From an uncultured Anaerolineaceae bacterium (GTDB lineage: Bacteria > Chloroflexota > Anaerolineae > Anaerolineales > E44-bin32): a stretch of 63,310 bases of DNA. The notes below the pieces were generated by a model that saw only the letters and a list, made by a program, of their open reading frames with translations, made no database searches and was not told the DNA's origin. Both the position numbers and the translations under genes were made by a program. This document shows, piece after piece, positions 36,619-46,174 of this stretch. The first letter of the stretch is position 1, and every line of letters starts with the position of its first letter. The stretch lies in contig CAYLOP010000003.1 in the NCBI GenBank assembly GCA_964385305.1, forward strand, positions 1 through 63,310, given 5' to 3'.

Positions 36619-37854
36619 ATGAGTGAAGACGCACTTCGCCGAAGGCTGAGCCGTTTGGGAAGCCGAAAACGCAAAAAAACCCCACAGGCACAACGCTCCC
36701 CGAGGCGGGCGGCTCTGCCACCTGGCAACGATGTAGAAACCCCTCTAGGCAGGGCATATCGCATTGAGCAAAGATTTACACAAGATCATCTACATGGCAG
36801 TTTCCGGTTGGATGCGGCACGAAGCTTCAACGCTGAGGTGATCGCTGAAGTTACTGGACAGCCCAATGTAGCCGAAATCGATTTGGATAAGCTTGTCTAT
36901 CTTGATACAGAGACGACGGGTTTGGCTGGTGGGGCGGGGACGATCGTATTCCTGGTTGGAGTCGGTGTGTTCCAAGGGGATGTCTTCCGTTTGCGGCAAT
37001 ACTTCCTGCGTAACCCAGGAGAAGAGGCTGGGATGCTGAGCGCACTGCAGGAGGATCTGGAAGCAGCCGCTGGCTTTGTCTCTTTTAACGGTAGGGTTTT
37101 CGATTTGCCCTTACTTGAAATGCGTTACATGCTAAGCATGAGACGACGTTGGCGGTTGACCGCATACCCTCAGGTGGATCTTATGTACCCGGCCAGAAGA
37201 TTGTGGCGGCGAAGCCTGCCCGACTGCACGCTCAACACGATTGAGCGCATGCAGCTCGGTGTACAGCGCACCGACGAAGATGTGCGTGGAGATTTAATCC
37301 CAGGGATTTATCACCAATACTTGCGCACTGGCGAGACGAGTGACATCACGAGGGTAATCTACCACAACACCGTGGACGTCCTTAGTTTGGTCTCGCTTTC
37401 TGGTGCGTTGATGAGCCGCTTTCAAGCGGGGGATCTGTCTATATTATCGGGTGGTGAAGCATTAGCGCTTGGACGCTGGCATACCGCTCAAGGCCGGCTC
37501 GAAGATGCAGAGGCGGCGTTTATTGCAGCACTGAAGAACACAGAGCCGGCGCTCAAGGCCGAGGCGGTTCGACGGTATACGGAGTATCTCAAACGACAGG
37601 ACAGGCGCAAGGACGCCGTGGAAGGATGGGAGATGTGGCATGCCTTAACGCCCGACGACCCCAAGCCTTGTATTGAGCTGGCGATGTATTACGAATGGCA
37701 TGCAAACAATGCGTCAAAAGCACATGTATGGTCTGAGAAAGCGCGCCAATGCCTCTCAACCTGGCCGCATGATTGGCGCCGCGACGAAGCCCAGACGAAG
37801 ATCGAACACCGTCTCGAGCGCCTAGCTCGTAAGATGGAAGCTGATGAGCTTTAG
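36619..37854 (+). CDS. RNase-H-fold (YprB-like) exonuclease domain protein with a C-terminal TPR-like region
   Basis: VYLDTETTGLAGGAGTIVFLVGV and FNGRVFDLPLLEMRY are DEDD-type motifs. The C-terminus is helical-repeat. Confidence 0.65.
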   Translation: MSEDALRRRLSRLGSRKRKKTPQAQRSPRRAALPPGNDVETPLGRAYRIEQRFTQDHLHGSFRLDAARSFNAEVIAEVTGQPNVAEIDLDKLVYLDTETTGLAGGAGTIVFLVGVGVFQGDVFRLRQYFLRNPGEEAGMLSALQEDLEAAAGFVSFNGRVFDLPLLEMRYMLSMRRRWRLTAYPQVDLMYPARRLWRRSLPDCTLNTIERMQLGVQRTDEDVRGDLIPGIYHQYLRTGETSDITRVIYHNTVDVLSLVSLSGALMSRFQAGDLSILSGGEALALGRWHTAQGRLEDAEAAFIAALKNTEPALKAEAVRRYTEYLKRQDRRKDAVEGWEMWHALTPDDPKPCIELAMYYEWHANNASKAHVWSEKARQCLSTWPHDWRRDEAQTKIEHRLERLARKMEADEL

Positions 37855-37890
37855 TTGCTCGTCACCTATCCAATCTAGAGTGTCTCGAAC

Positions 37891-38841
37891 CTAATTCATG
37901 AGAGATTGGGCTGCGTCTTCCAAAGCTTTGACTTCATCCTGAGACAATCGCCATCCCAGCGCCCCAAGGTTTTCTTCGGTTTGCTTGGCGTTCTTCACGC
38001 CTGGGATGGGTACTGCCCCTTTGCAAATAACCCAGTTGAGCGCGATTTGACTCGGTTGGGCATTGCTGTGATTCTGGCCGATCTCGCGCATCAAGTGAAT
38101 CAGTTGCTCAATTCGTTTCAGGGTGGCGCTATTTGTACGAATGCCGCGCAACCCTTGAGGGGGATTGGCGGCGGAATACTTGCCGGTAAGCAACCCTTGC
38201 GCGAGCGGGCTGTATGCAACCAAAGTTACCCCTAACTCAGTGCAGGCTTCAAGGAGTGTTTCGCGTTTGCCGGTCGGTAGAAGGAGACTGAAAGGAACTT
38301 GGTTGCAAGCGAGGGGAATATCGTGATTCATGAGCGCATTTTGTGCGCGGCGCATTTGTTCCACGCTGTAATTCGATACGCCTGCTGCCTTCGCCAGCCC
38401 GGCGTCGATGGCGTCTGTGAGCGCTTCCATCCATGTCTCGATGGGAATTGGTGGAAATGGCCAGTGAATGAGGTACAGGTCCACTTTCTCCATTTTAAGA
38501 CGATGCAGGCTACCAAGAAGGGCGCGCCTCAGCGCACGTTTTCCCAGGCGCCATGGGTAGGGGAAGAATTTGGTTGTCACCACGAGTGGGTGCTGTACGG
38601 AAGCGCGCATCTGGCCGAGGAAGCGTTCCGATGTTCCCCTGCCATATACTTCCGCGGTGTCGAAAAAATTGATTCCGGCCTCCACGCTCGCGCGGAATGC
38701 ATCAAAGATATCTTGCTCACCATAGCCGCTGCCGTAATTCCATAGGAGCTTGTCACCCCACGCCCAGGTACCAATCCCCATCGGGGTGATCAACAAATCC
38801 GTTCTGCCGAGCATGATCGTTTCTTCAGGAGATGATGTCAT
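37891..38841 (-). CDS. Aldo/keto reductase
   Basis: GIGTWAWG, FFDTAEVYG and LYLIHWP motifs. ATG 38841 or 38814 is preferred over the ORF-track start 38997. Confidence 0.85.
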   Translation of the reverse strand: MTSSPEETIMLGRTDLLITPMGIGTWAWGDKLLWNYGSGYGEQDIFDAFRASVEAGINFFDTAEVYGRGTSERFLGQMRASVQHPLVVTTKFFPYPWRLGKRALRRALLGSLHRLKMEKVDLYLIHWPFPPIPIETWMEALTDAIDAGLAKAAGVSNYSVEQMRRAQNALMNHDIPLACNQVPFSLLLPTGKRETLLEACTELGVTLVAYSPLAQGLLTGKYSAANPPQGLRGIRTNSATLKRIEQLIHLMREIGQNHSNAQPSQIALNWVICKGAVPIPGVKNAKQTEENLGALGWRLSQDEVKALEDAAQSLMN

Positions 38842-39180
38842 TTGTTTTTTCCGTTGGGTCCCATAGCAGTCCGTATCCTTAGAGAAAAGCTTTTCGGATG
38901 GATGAAGTGGTGAGAGCATCGCGCCTGTGGTCAGGTCTAGATGGGGGTTGATCCCTGTAAGTGCAAACCAGCCCTCTTCAGGTATCCCGCTCGACAAACT
39001 GAACTACGTGGGGCGCGGTACTTCGACGTGTATGCCAACGAGTGATGATGTCCGATGCATAAAGGACCTATGGGCGCCCATTTATTGGCATATGGACGGT
39101 GTGAGAGATAGCCTTGATGCGTAGCGATCTCTCTGGTGCGGAACATGTGGAGATCGGTGTCCGTCTTGCCGGATCGGTAA

Positions 39181-39975
39181 CTACGCTCTCACCCCGTTGA
39201 TCTCCTGACGGACGGCGCGATACAAGTGATCCGCCTTCAATTCCTGCAAAGTATAGCATGGCCCGCCAAGGTGCTCGGCGAGTTTGTTTGCAAGCCCTTG
39301 ATCAAACGCAGCGTGTTCCATATTGATCACAACGGAACGGATATCCGCCTCACGGATTTTATCGGCCACCTGATGAGCTTCTTGCTGGGGAGGCAAATCC
39401 CCCATGGAGACATTGCCTGCACCATCGGTTAGGAGGATCATCAAGGGCAACATATCTTTTCGGCTGAAACTTTCCTTTACGAACATTTCATAGGCCAAGG
39501 TTAGCCCAGCGGAGAGAGGGGTCTTCCCGCCGACCGGAATGTCGGCAAGCGCTTGTTGAGCAAGCTGGACAGAATTGGTTGGGGGAAGCACAGTTAGGGC
39601 GCGATCTTTCTGAAAAACGATAAGACCGACGCGGTCACGATGTTGGTAGGCGTCTGTGAGGAGCGAAAGAATGGCGCCCTTGGTCGCGGACATTCGTTCG
39701 GCAACAGCCATCGACCAGGAAGCGTCGACGACAAAGAGGATCAAATTGGCGGCCTTCCGCACGCGCACTTTCTGATGCAAATCAGAGGTGTGGATTGATA
39801 AAGCGACCCGTTTTCGTTGTGCGCGACGTCGGCGTTGGTATGGGGCAGCTGCGCGAAATGTAGCATCAAAGGCGATGTCGGATGCGTTTTTCTTTGCAGG
39901 CCGGGCCATGATGTAGCGGCCCCGTTTCCGATCTGTGCGTGTTTGGCTGCGACGTCCCCCGTGGCCGCGCGTCAT
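39181..39975 (-). CDS. chlD: VWA (integrin I-like) domain protein equivalent to the C-terminal half of a chelatase D subunit; the frame is open upstream to 40155 without any start codon
   Basis: MIDAS motif FVVDASWSM plus LLTDGAGN. The same frame reads sense codons from 40155 down to 39976, encoding an acidic linker and GHGGRRSQTRTDRKRGRY, with no ATG/GTG/TTG. Confidence 0.7.
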   Translation of the reverse strand: MTRGHGGRRSQTRTDRKRGRYIMARPAKKNASDIAFDATFRAAAPYQRRRRAQRKRVALSIHTSDLHQKVRVRKAANLILFVVDASWSMAVAERMSATKGAILSLLTDAYQHRDRVGLIVFQKDRALTVLPPTNSVQLAQQALADIPVGGKTPLSAGLTLAYEMFVKESFSRKDMLPLMILLTDGAGNVSMGDLPPQQEAHQVADKIREADIRSVVINMEHAAFDQGLANKLAEHLGGPCYTLQELKADHLYRAVRQEINGVRA

Positions 39976-40133
39976 GCGGTCTAGCTGGCCTTCGAGGTGA
40001 CGGGGGACAAATATCTCTCCGACCTTGACTTTATCGCCACCTTCCCACCAGCGTGCATGAAGTGAATCCAGTGTTGTCTGGCGAGAGATTTCGGTTGGAT
40101 CGGGAGTTGAGGCTTCTTCTTCGACCTCGTCTG

Positions 40134-41240
40134 CTAAACTACGCCGGCTTTTTTTTTATCCGGAGCAGGTTCTTCCTCAGAAGAGACTGGTTCGGCTTCC
40201 TCGCCGCCCAATTGCGACTGGATCTGGTCGATGCGGTTTTGAAGATCATCAAGATGGATTTCTACTTGCTGGAAGGGGCTTCGCCGCAGTCTATGAGGGA
40301 GCGCGAGTTCCGCAGCAAGTGCGATGTCTTCGTGCGTGATCTTTGTTCGGCCTTCGAAAGCTGCGTGAGCGCGCGCAGATTTTAGAATCACCATGTCAGC
40401 CCGGTGCCCATCGACCTGCATGGAGGAGGTCAGGGCCGCAATGGCAAGCAGATCGCGCTTGGTGTAGGTGACTTTATCGACCAGTTGCCGGGCGTTTACG
40501 ATCTTCTGTGAGAGGGTGTGTTCCTTTTCCATCCAGCGTGTTCGGAATGACTCGGGTTCCTCTTCGAAGCTCAGGTTGTATTCCATGATTGCAACCCGAT
40601 CGCGCGGATCCTGTAAGCCACGAATCTCAACAGACAAAGCGAACCGGTCGAGCAGTTGAGGCCGGAGGTCGCCTTCTTCAGGGTTCATGGTCCCAACCAG
40701 GATGTATCTGGCAGGGTGACTGAATGAGATCCCCTCTCTTTCGACGATGTTCATTCCCAGCGCGGCTGAATCAAGGAGCACATCAACAACGTGGTCGTCT
40801 AGAAGGTTGACCTCATCAATATATAGCAGCCCTCGATTTGCTGCGGCAAGCACACCGGGCTCGAAATGGCGCTCACCCTCTTTGATAGCGCGCTCAATAT
40901 CCAAAGTCCCAACGACGCGATCTTCTGTCGCAGAGACCGGTAAATCGACGAAAGGGGTGCGTCGCATTTCGACTGGAAGGCTCTCATGCTTTGCGGCGCG
41001 CTCCTTGCATTCCGTACACCAGGTTGTGGGACGTTCGGGGTCGCAAGCAAATCGGCAATCTGCGACGACTGGCACCTCGGGTAGGAGGGCGGCCAACGCC
41101 CGCGCTGCAGTGGATTTTGCTGTTCCACGTTCGCCACGGATTAAAACACCCCCAATACGTGGGTTGACAGCGTTTAGGATCAATGCACGGCGCATACGCT
41201 CTTGACCGACGATTGCGGTGAAGGGGTAAACAACTGCCAT
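40134..41240 (-). CDS. chlI: AAA+ chelatase small subunit (ChlI/BchI type)
   Basis: YPFTAIVGQERMRRAL, Walker A GERGTAKST, Walker B LLYIDEVNLL, VGTMNPEEGDLRPQLLDRF. The acidic Pro-rich tail EEEPAPDKKK ends at the A9 run. Confidence 0.9.
   Translation of the reverse strand: MAVVYPFTAIVGQERMRRALILNAVNPRIGGVLIRGERGTAKSTAARALAALLPEVPVVADCRFACDPERPTTWCTECKERAAKHESLPVEMRRTPFVDLPVSATEDRVVGTLDIERAIKEGERHFEPGVLAAANRGLLYIDEVNLLDDHVVDVLLDSAALGMNIVEREGISFSHPARYILVGTMNPEEGDLRPQLLDRFALSVEIRGLQDPRDRVAIMEYNLSFEEEPESFRTRWMEKEHTLSQKIVNARQLVDKVTYTKRDLLAIAALTSSMQVDGHRADMVILKSARAHAAFEGRTKITHEDIALAAELALPHRLRRSPFQQVEIHLDDLQNRIDQIQSQLGGEEAEPVSSEEEPAPDKKKAGVV
40149..40157 (-). other. A9 homopolymer (T9 on the + strand): candidate -1 frameshift / slippage site joining the chlI-like and VWA frames
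   Basis: The coding strand reads GAT AAA AAA AAA GCC GGC GTA GTT TAG. A shift to -1 after the run reads AGC CGG CGT AGT TTA GCA and continues into the VWA ORF. Confidence 0.55.
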
Positions 41241-41299
41241 TGATAAAATTCTCCCGCGAGATTATACCCCATTCCATATATGCATGGACACAACGAAGG

Positions 41300-41328
41300 T
41301 TGTCAAGACAGGGCTTCCCCTTTATAAT
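41300..41328 (+). promoter_or_regulatory. Sigma-70-type promoter for rpsA
   Basis: TTGTCA (41300-41305), 17-nt spacer, TATAAT (41323-41328), about 35 nt upstream of the rpsA ATG. Confidence 0.5.
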
Positions 41329-41363
41329 GCCTTAATCAATAGGAAACGGAGAGTTGTGATTAG

Positions 41364-43250
41364 ATGATAAGTGATCAGGAAACCGGCGACACAGGGCGCA
41401 TACCTTCAGAGGAGGTTGAAGGGTTGGAATCTAAGCCGGTAGACGCCCTGCAGGAAATAGCAAACCTAGAAGACCTGAATGAGCATGAGGAAGCCAGTGA
41501 TCATGAGGTTGCTGAGGATGTTAAGTCCATGGGTGCAGAAGATGATGCAATGCATCCTATGGACGTCCTGCTTGAAGCGGAGTCTTATGAGTTAGAGATT
41601 CCAAAACGGGGCGAAATCCGTACAGGAACCATCGCGCGTGTGACAGAGACGGACATCCTGGTGGATGTCGGCGCGAAGTCGGAAGGCGTGATTTCCTCAA
41701 AAGAGCTCGAAAGGTTATCCCCAGAGCAACGCGCTGAGCTGAACGTTGGTACAGACATCACGGTTTATGTCATACGTTCGAGCGGACGCGATGGCACCAT
41801 CGTTTTATCGCTCGCACGAGCGGAGGAAGAACAGGACTGGCGTGAAGCCGAGCAACTGCTCGAAAGCCAGGATCTGCACGAAGGGATAGTAAGCGGCTAC
41901 AACAAGGGCGGCTTGATCGTGAAACTCGGCAGCCTGCGTGGATTTGTGCCGGCCTCACAAGTTAGCCTATCGCGACGACGAAGAGCGCAAGGTCAGACGC
42001 CCGATCAGCGCTGGAGCAAGATGGTCGATGAGCCGATCATCACCAAGGTGATCGAGGTCGACCGGCGACGCAATCGCCTTATTCTCTCCGAACGCGCAGC
42101 AGCACGGGAAGCACGCGACGCGCTCAAAGAACGGTTGATCTCCGAACTCGAACCTGGCGCTGTACGTCAAGGTCATGTCATTAGCCTGGCGGACTTCGGC
42201 GCTTTTGTTGACATCGGCGGCGCGGATGGTCTTGTCCATCTCTCCGAAATCTCTTGGAGACGTATTACCCACCCACGTGAATTGCTAAAAGTCGGGCAAA
42301 AGGTTGAAGTTAAAGTCTTGGGTGTGGATGTTGAGCGAAAACGAATCAGCCTTTCCATGAAAGAGTTAGAGGCTGATCCGTGGGATTTGATTTTCGAGCA
42401 GTACAGTGAGGGACAACTTGTTGAGGCGACGATAACGAAACTCACCAAATTTGGCGCTTTTGCATCCTTAGCAGGGAGTGAGTCTTACGATATTGAAGGT
42501 TTGATTCACATTTCGGAATTATCCGATCGTCGGATCGAACACCCGCGTGAGGTTGCACAGGAAGGTCAAACGGTTGCGCTGCGTATCCTGAAAATCGATC
42601 GAAAGCGACGCCGAATCGCGCTGAGCTTGAAGCGCGTTGATTCACCGGCTTATGCAGATCAAGATTGGCAAGTTGCCATGCAGGAAATCGAAAGCTTAGC
42701 TGAGGAAGGTATAGACATCCTTGCTGCCGAAGGAGAGGATTTCACTGATGTAGAAACGCCGGAGGACGTTGCGCTGGAGTCAATCTCAGAAGCTTCTCCA
42801 CATGAAGATGAAGTGGACGCACGACTGTCTGATGATGAGGGTGAACCACTCACGGATGAGGCTATAGGTGATTCGGGCGAGCCTGAAATATCGGAAGCCG
42901 AGCTTGAGGAGCTGGAAGCTGAGCTTGATGAGTCGGGAGCTGAGCTTGAGGAGCCGGAAGCTGAGCTCGAGGAGTTGGAAGCTGAGCTTGAAGAGCCGGA
43001 AGCTGAGCTTGAGGAGTTGGAAGCTGAGCTTGAGGAGCCGGAAGCTGAGCTTGAGGAACTGGAAGCTGAACTTGAAGAGCCGGAAGCTGAGCTTGAAGAG
43101 CCGGAAGCTGAACTTGAGGGGTTAGAAGCTGAACCCGACGAGATGGATGAGGGTGAGGAAAAAATTCCTCTGGAACCCGAACTTACTGCCGATGAAGAAC
43201 CCGACGCCGAGTTGAAGGATCCTGGAGGCGGTGAGGAAACTGAAGAATAG
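41364..43250 (+). CDS. rpsA: 30S ribosomal protein S1 with acidic N- and C-terminal extensions
   Basis: Four recognisable S1 OB motifs (GTIARVTETDILVDVG, GIVSGYNKGGLIVKLG, GHVISLADFGAFVDIG, ATITKLTKFGAFASL). The C-terminal tail consists of EAELEEL/P heptads. Confidence 0.85.
   Translation: MISDQETGDTGRIPSEEVEGLESKPVDALQEIANLEDLNEHEEASDHEVAEDVKSMGAEDDAMHPMDVLLEAESYELEIPKRGEIRTGTIARVTETDILVDVGAKSEGVISSKELERLSPEQRAELNVGTDITVYVIRSSGRDGTIVLSLARAEEEQDWREAEQLLESQDLHEGIVSGYNKGGLIVKLGSLRGFVPASQVSLSRRRRAQGQTPDQRWSKMVDEPIITKVIEVDRRRNRLILSERAAAREARDALKERLISELEPGAVRQGHVISLADFGAFVDIGGADGLVHLSEISWRRITHPRELLKVGQKVEVKVLGVDVERKRISLSMKELEADPWDLIFEQYSEGQLVEATITKLTKFGAFASLAGSESYDIEGLIHISELSDRRIEHPREVAQEGQTVALRILKIDRKRRRIALSLKRVDSPAYADQDWQVAMQEIESLAEEGIDILAAEGEDFTDVETPEDVALESISEASPHEDEVDARLSDDEGEPLTDEAIGDSGEPEISEAELEELEAELDESGAELEEPEAELEELEAELEEPEAELEELEAELEEPEAELEELEAELEEPEAELEEPEAELEGLEAEPDEMDEGEEKIPLEPELTADEEPDAELKDPGGGEETEE
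42894..43139 (+). repeat. Eleven tandem copies (plus a partial copy) of a 21-nt in-frame repeat, GAAGCTGAGCTTGAGGAGCCG/TTG, inside rpsA
   Basis: Units are phased every 21 nt from 42894 to 43124 with 0-4 substitutions each. They encode EAELEEP/EAELEEL. Confidence 0.9.
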
Positions 43251-43256
43251 ACTTCG

Positions 43257-43300
43257 GGCCGGGTGAAACAGCAGCGTTGAACCCGGCCTTTTTCTTTTTC
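43257..43300 (+). terminator. Intrinsic terminator after rpsA
   Basis: GGCCGGGT (43257-43264) / ACCCGGCC (43281-43288), then TTTTTCTTTTTC. Confidence 0.7.
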
Positions 43301-43392
43301 AACGGGACAAATTTCCTATTCCTGCGGCTGCTATTGGAAAATTTGGTAAAATGAGAGAAGTGATTTCAGTATTTGAGTCGAAGGAGTAAATC

Positions 43393-45885
43393 GTGGCCGA
43401 TAAGATGGAGCGCTTCACACAACGAGCCCGGAGAGTTCTGAGCTTGGCCCACGAGGAGGCCGAGCGGTTGCATCATAACTATATCGGAACGGAGCACCTT
43501 CTCATCGGCTTAATCCGTGAAGAAGGCGGTGTTGCAGGGCGTGTGTTACGTGAATTGGGCCTTGATCAGGTGCGGGTGAAGGAAGTTGTTGAACGTTTAA
43601 CAGGTATGGGAAGACATGCAGGCGGGCGGATAGAACTCTCCCCTGGGACCGAGAATATCCTGCAAATTGCGATCGAGGAAGCGCGCCGCATGGGACACCA
43701 CTATATCGGCACCGAGCATCTGTTGCTGGGGTTGGTGCGGCAGGATGAAGGTGTTGGCGTAGATGTGCTGCGGCGATTGGGCATCACCCCAGAGCAAGTA
43801 CGGCGCCAAACACGTCGTATCTTGCAGGAAAGTCCCTCTCGACGTGTTTCGCGTCCACCTGCGACAGGTAAGGAGAAAAAGCAGCAAAAGACTCCGCTGG
43901 TCGATCAACTGGCGACGAACCTGACAGCTTTGGCGGAAGATATGAAGCTCGATCCCGTGGTCGGACGAGAGAAAGAGATCGAGCGTGTCATTCAGATCTT
44001 GGCGCGCCGCACGAAGAATAATCCTGCCTTGATTGGCGAGCCGGGTGTAGGAAAAACGGCGATTGTGGAAGGTCTCGCCCAACGGATTGTGGCAGGTGAG
44101 ACGCCTGGGCCCTTACTCGGCAAGCGCGTGCTGCAATTGGATGTCGGATCGCTGGTGGCCGGCACGATGTATCGAGGGCAGTTTGAAGAACGGCTAAAGC
44201 GGGTGATAGATGAGTTGAAGTCCTCGGAGGCGATCCTCTTCATCGATGAAGTCCATATGCTTGTTGGCGCAGGTTCTGCCGGCTCGTCGGTGGACGCGGC
44301 GAATATCCTTAAGCCCGCTCTCGCTCGTGGAGAGTTGCAGGTAATCGGCGCAACCACCCTAGATGAGTATCGCAAACACATCGAGAGCGACGCGGCACTT
44401 GAACGACGTTTCCAACCCGTAATGGTCGACGAGCCGTCGATCGAAGAGACAATCAATATTCTTCACGGCGTGCGCAAGCCTTATGAGGAACATCATAAGC
44501 TCCTGATCACGGATGAAGCGTTGGAAGCGGCCGTGCATCTCTCCTCGCGTTATGTCACAGACCGCTATCTTCCGGATAAGGCCATTGATCTCATCGACGA
44601 GGCTGCCTCCCGCGTACGCATGTATAAGAGTCCGGAAGCGATATCTCTGAAGAATATCGTTACGGAGTTGCGCGAGACACGCGAAGCTCATGCCCAGGCT
44701 TTAGAAGATGCACGATTCGAAGATGTGCAAACACTGCAGACGCGTGAAGGTGAGCTTGAAGATAGACTGGGGCAGCTGCGGACTGCCTGGGAGAATATCC
44801 AGGACGGCCCCCAGGTGATGGCCGAGGACATTGCTGAAGTGGTTTCGATGTGGACAGGCGTGCCGGTGATGCAACTGGCCAAAGAGGAATCTGAGCACCT
44901 CTTACGTATGGAAGAGGCCATGCATCGCAGGATTGTGGGTCAGGACGAGGCCATCGAAGCCATCTCGAAAGCAGTTCGCAGGGCTAGAGCCGGCTTGAAG
45001 AATCCCAAACGCCCGATCGGTTCCTTCATCTTTCTTGGACCAACCGGTGTGGGCAAGACAGAGTTGACAAAGGCATTGGCCGAATTCATTTTTGGTAGTG
45101 AAGAAGCCCTGGTTCAGATCGATATGTCGGAGTTCATGGAGCGCCACAGCGTCAGCCGCCTCGTGGGCGCGCCCCCGGGCTATGTCGGCTATGACGATGC
45201 TGGACAGCTCACGGAAGCTATCCGACGTAAGCCCTACTCGATCGTCGTCTTTGATGAAGTCGAGAAAGCGCACCCCGAAGCGCATAACATGCTGCTTCAG
45301 ATCATGGAGGAAGGTCATCTGACAGATGCGCGTGGCCGAAAGGTTGACTTTCGCAATGCGATCGTTGTGATGACGTCCAACGTCGGCGCAGAGTTGATCA
45401 AGCGCCAAACATCAATTGGTTTCGCCATTGAGCAGGATGGTGAAATTGAAGAGCGACTGGCCTATGATGAGATGCGAAAGAAATTATTGGGAGCTTTGAA
45501 GAAAGTCTTCCGTCCGGAATTTCTCAACCGTGTCGACGCTGTTATCACCTTTCATGCTCTAAGCAGGGAGCAGATCGCGGAGATCGTCGATTTGGAACTT
45601 GCTAAGGTCAGCGCACGGCTCGTAGAACATGAGATCTCTTTGCGTGCAAGTGAAGAGGGTCGGATGCTTCTGGTCGAACTGGGGTATGATCCCGAGATGG
45701 GCGCGCGGCCTCTTCGCAGGGTGATCCAGAACAAAGTCGAAGATCAACTTTCTGACTCGCTGCTTGCAGGGGATTTCAAGCGAGGCGACGCTGTCCTGAT
45801 CGTTGCGGACGAGGGCGAGATTGTGCTGCGTTTGGAAGATGAGCAGCCAGAAGGTGAAACACACGAGGCGATCACAGCCGCATAA
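43393..45885 (+). CDS. clpC: ATP-dependent Clp protease ATP-binding subunit ClpC
   Basis: Duplicated Clp_N repeats ([10 protein letters not shown] / [10 protein letters not shown]), Walker A GEPGVGKT and GPTGVGKT, and a UVR-like middle coil. AAGGAG lies 6 nt before GTG 43393. Confidence 0.95.
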   Translation: MADKMERFTQRARRVLSLAHEEAERLHHNYIGTEHLLIGLIREEGGVAGRVLRELGLDQVRVKEVVERLTGMGRHAGGRIELSPGTENILQIAIEEARRMGHHYIGTEHLLLGLVRQDEGVGVDVLRRLGITPEQVRRQTRRILQESPSRRVSRPPATGKEKKQQKTPLVDQLATNLTALAEDMKLDPVVGREKEIERVIQILARRTKNNPALIGEPGVGKTAIVEGLAQRIVAGETPGPLLGKRVLQLDVGSLVAGTMYRGQFEERLKRVIDELKSSEAILFIDEVHMLVGAGSAGSSVDAANILKPALARGELQVIGATTLDEYRKHIESDAALERRFQPVMVDEPSIEETINILHGVRKPYEEHHKLLITDEALEAAVHLSSRYVTDRYLPDKAIDLIDEAASRVRMYKSPEAISLKNIVTELRETREAHAQALEDARFEDVQTLQTREGELEDRLGQLRTAWENIQDGPQVMAEDIAEVVSMWTGVPVMQLAKEESEHLLRMEEAMHRRIVGQDEAIEAISKAVRRARAGLKNPKRPIGSFIFLGPTGVGKTELTKALAEFIFGSEEALVQIDMSEFMERHSVSRLVGAPPGYVGYDDAGQLTEAIRRKPYSIVVFDEVEKAHPEAHNMLLQIMEEGHLTDARGRKVDFRNAIVVMTSNVGAELIKRQTSIGFAIEQDGEIEERLAYDEMRKKLLGALKKVFRPEFLNRVDAVITFHALSREQIAEIVDLELAKVSARLVEHEISLRASEEGRMLLVELGYDPEMGARPLRRVIQNKVEDQLSDSLLAGDFKRGDAVLIVADEGEIVLRLEDEQPEGETHEAITAA

Positions 45886-45928
45886 ATCAGCTGGTTATCA
45901 CCATGATCCCTGGAACGAAGAAGGATGG

Positions 45929-45962
45929 TTGGGCGGGATTGTATAACCCGCCCAATTTTTTA
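45929..45962 (+). terminator. Intrinsic terminator after clpC
   Basis: TTGGGCGGG (45929-45937) / CCCGCCCAA (45947-45955), then TTTTTT. Confidence 0.7.
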
Positions 45963-46174
45963 TTTACAGCACAGAATCGCAAGCCTGGTGTACCTCTGAT
46001 GCGGTTGGTGGCGATGGATCTCCTATTAAATGTACAGGGCAAGGCGATGCCTACGCATCGTTCCGCCAAGGCTATTTCGTCCGGCAAACCTTGGCCTCCG
46101 TACTATAGGCCGAGGGTGCGGAACATTTAACACGGAACGCATTTGAACGGTATAATCCCGTTTTGGGGGTGTTC

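Noticed and set aside
39070-39081. Perfect 12-bp palindrome ATGGGCGCCCAT in the AKR / VWA spacer
   Set aside because: Roughly 15 perfect 12-bp palindromes are expected by chance in a window of this size. There is no second copy or promoter context.
42868-43125. 85-aa ORF encoding KLSLRSRKLS... repeats
   Set aside because: It is an alternative reading frame of the rpsA 21-nt tandem repeat. The periodic low-complexity sequence is a by-product of the repeat, not a gene.
42894-43139. Tandem repeats considered as a possible CRISPR-like array
   Set aside because: The units are contiguous with no spacers. They are 21 nt long, in frame and inside rpsA, and no cas genes are present.
45929-45955. Similar GGGCGGG...CCCGCCC hairpins at 19845, 45929 and 63180, considered as a REP-like repeat family
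   Set aside because: They share only short GC-rich stems typical of intrinsic terminators. Loops and flanks differ, and each sits directly downstream of a gene.
46121-46148. Three direct GAAC repeats upstream of radA, considered as LexA half-sites
   Set aside because: No GAAC-N4-GTTC palindrome is formed. Direct repeats of a 4-mer are not evidence for a LexA operator.
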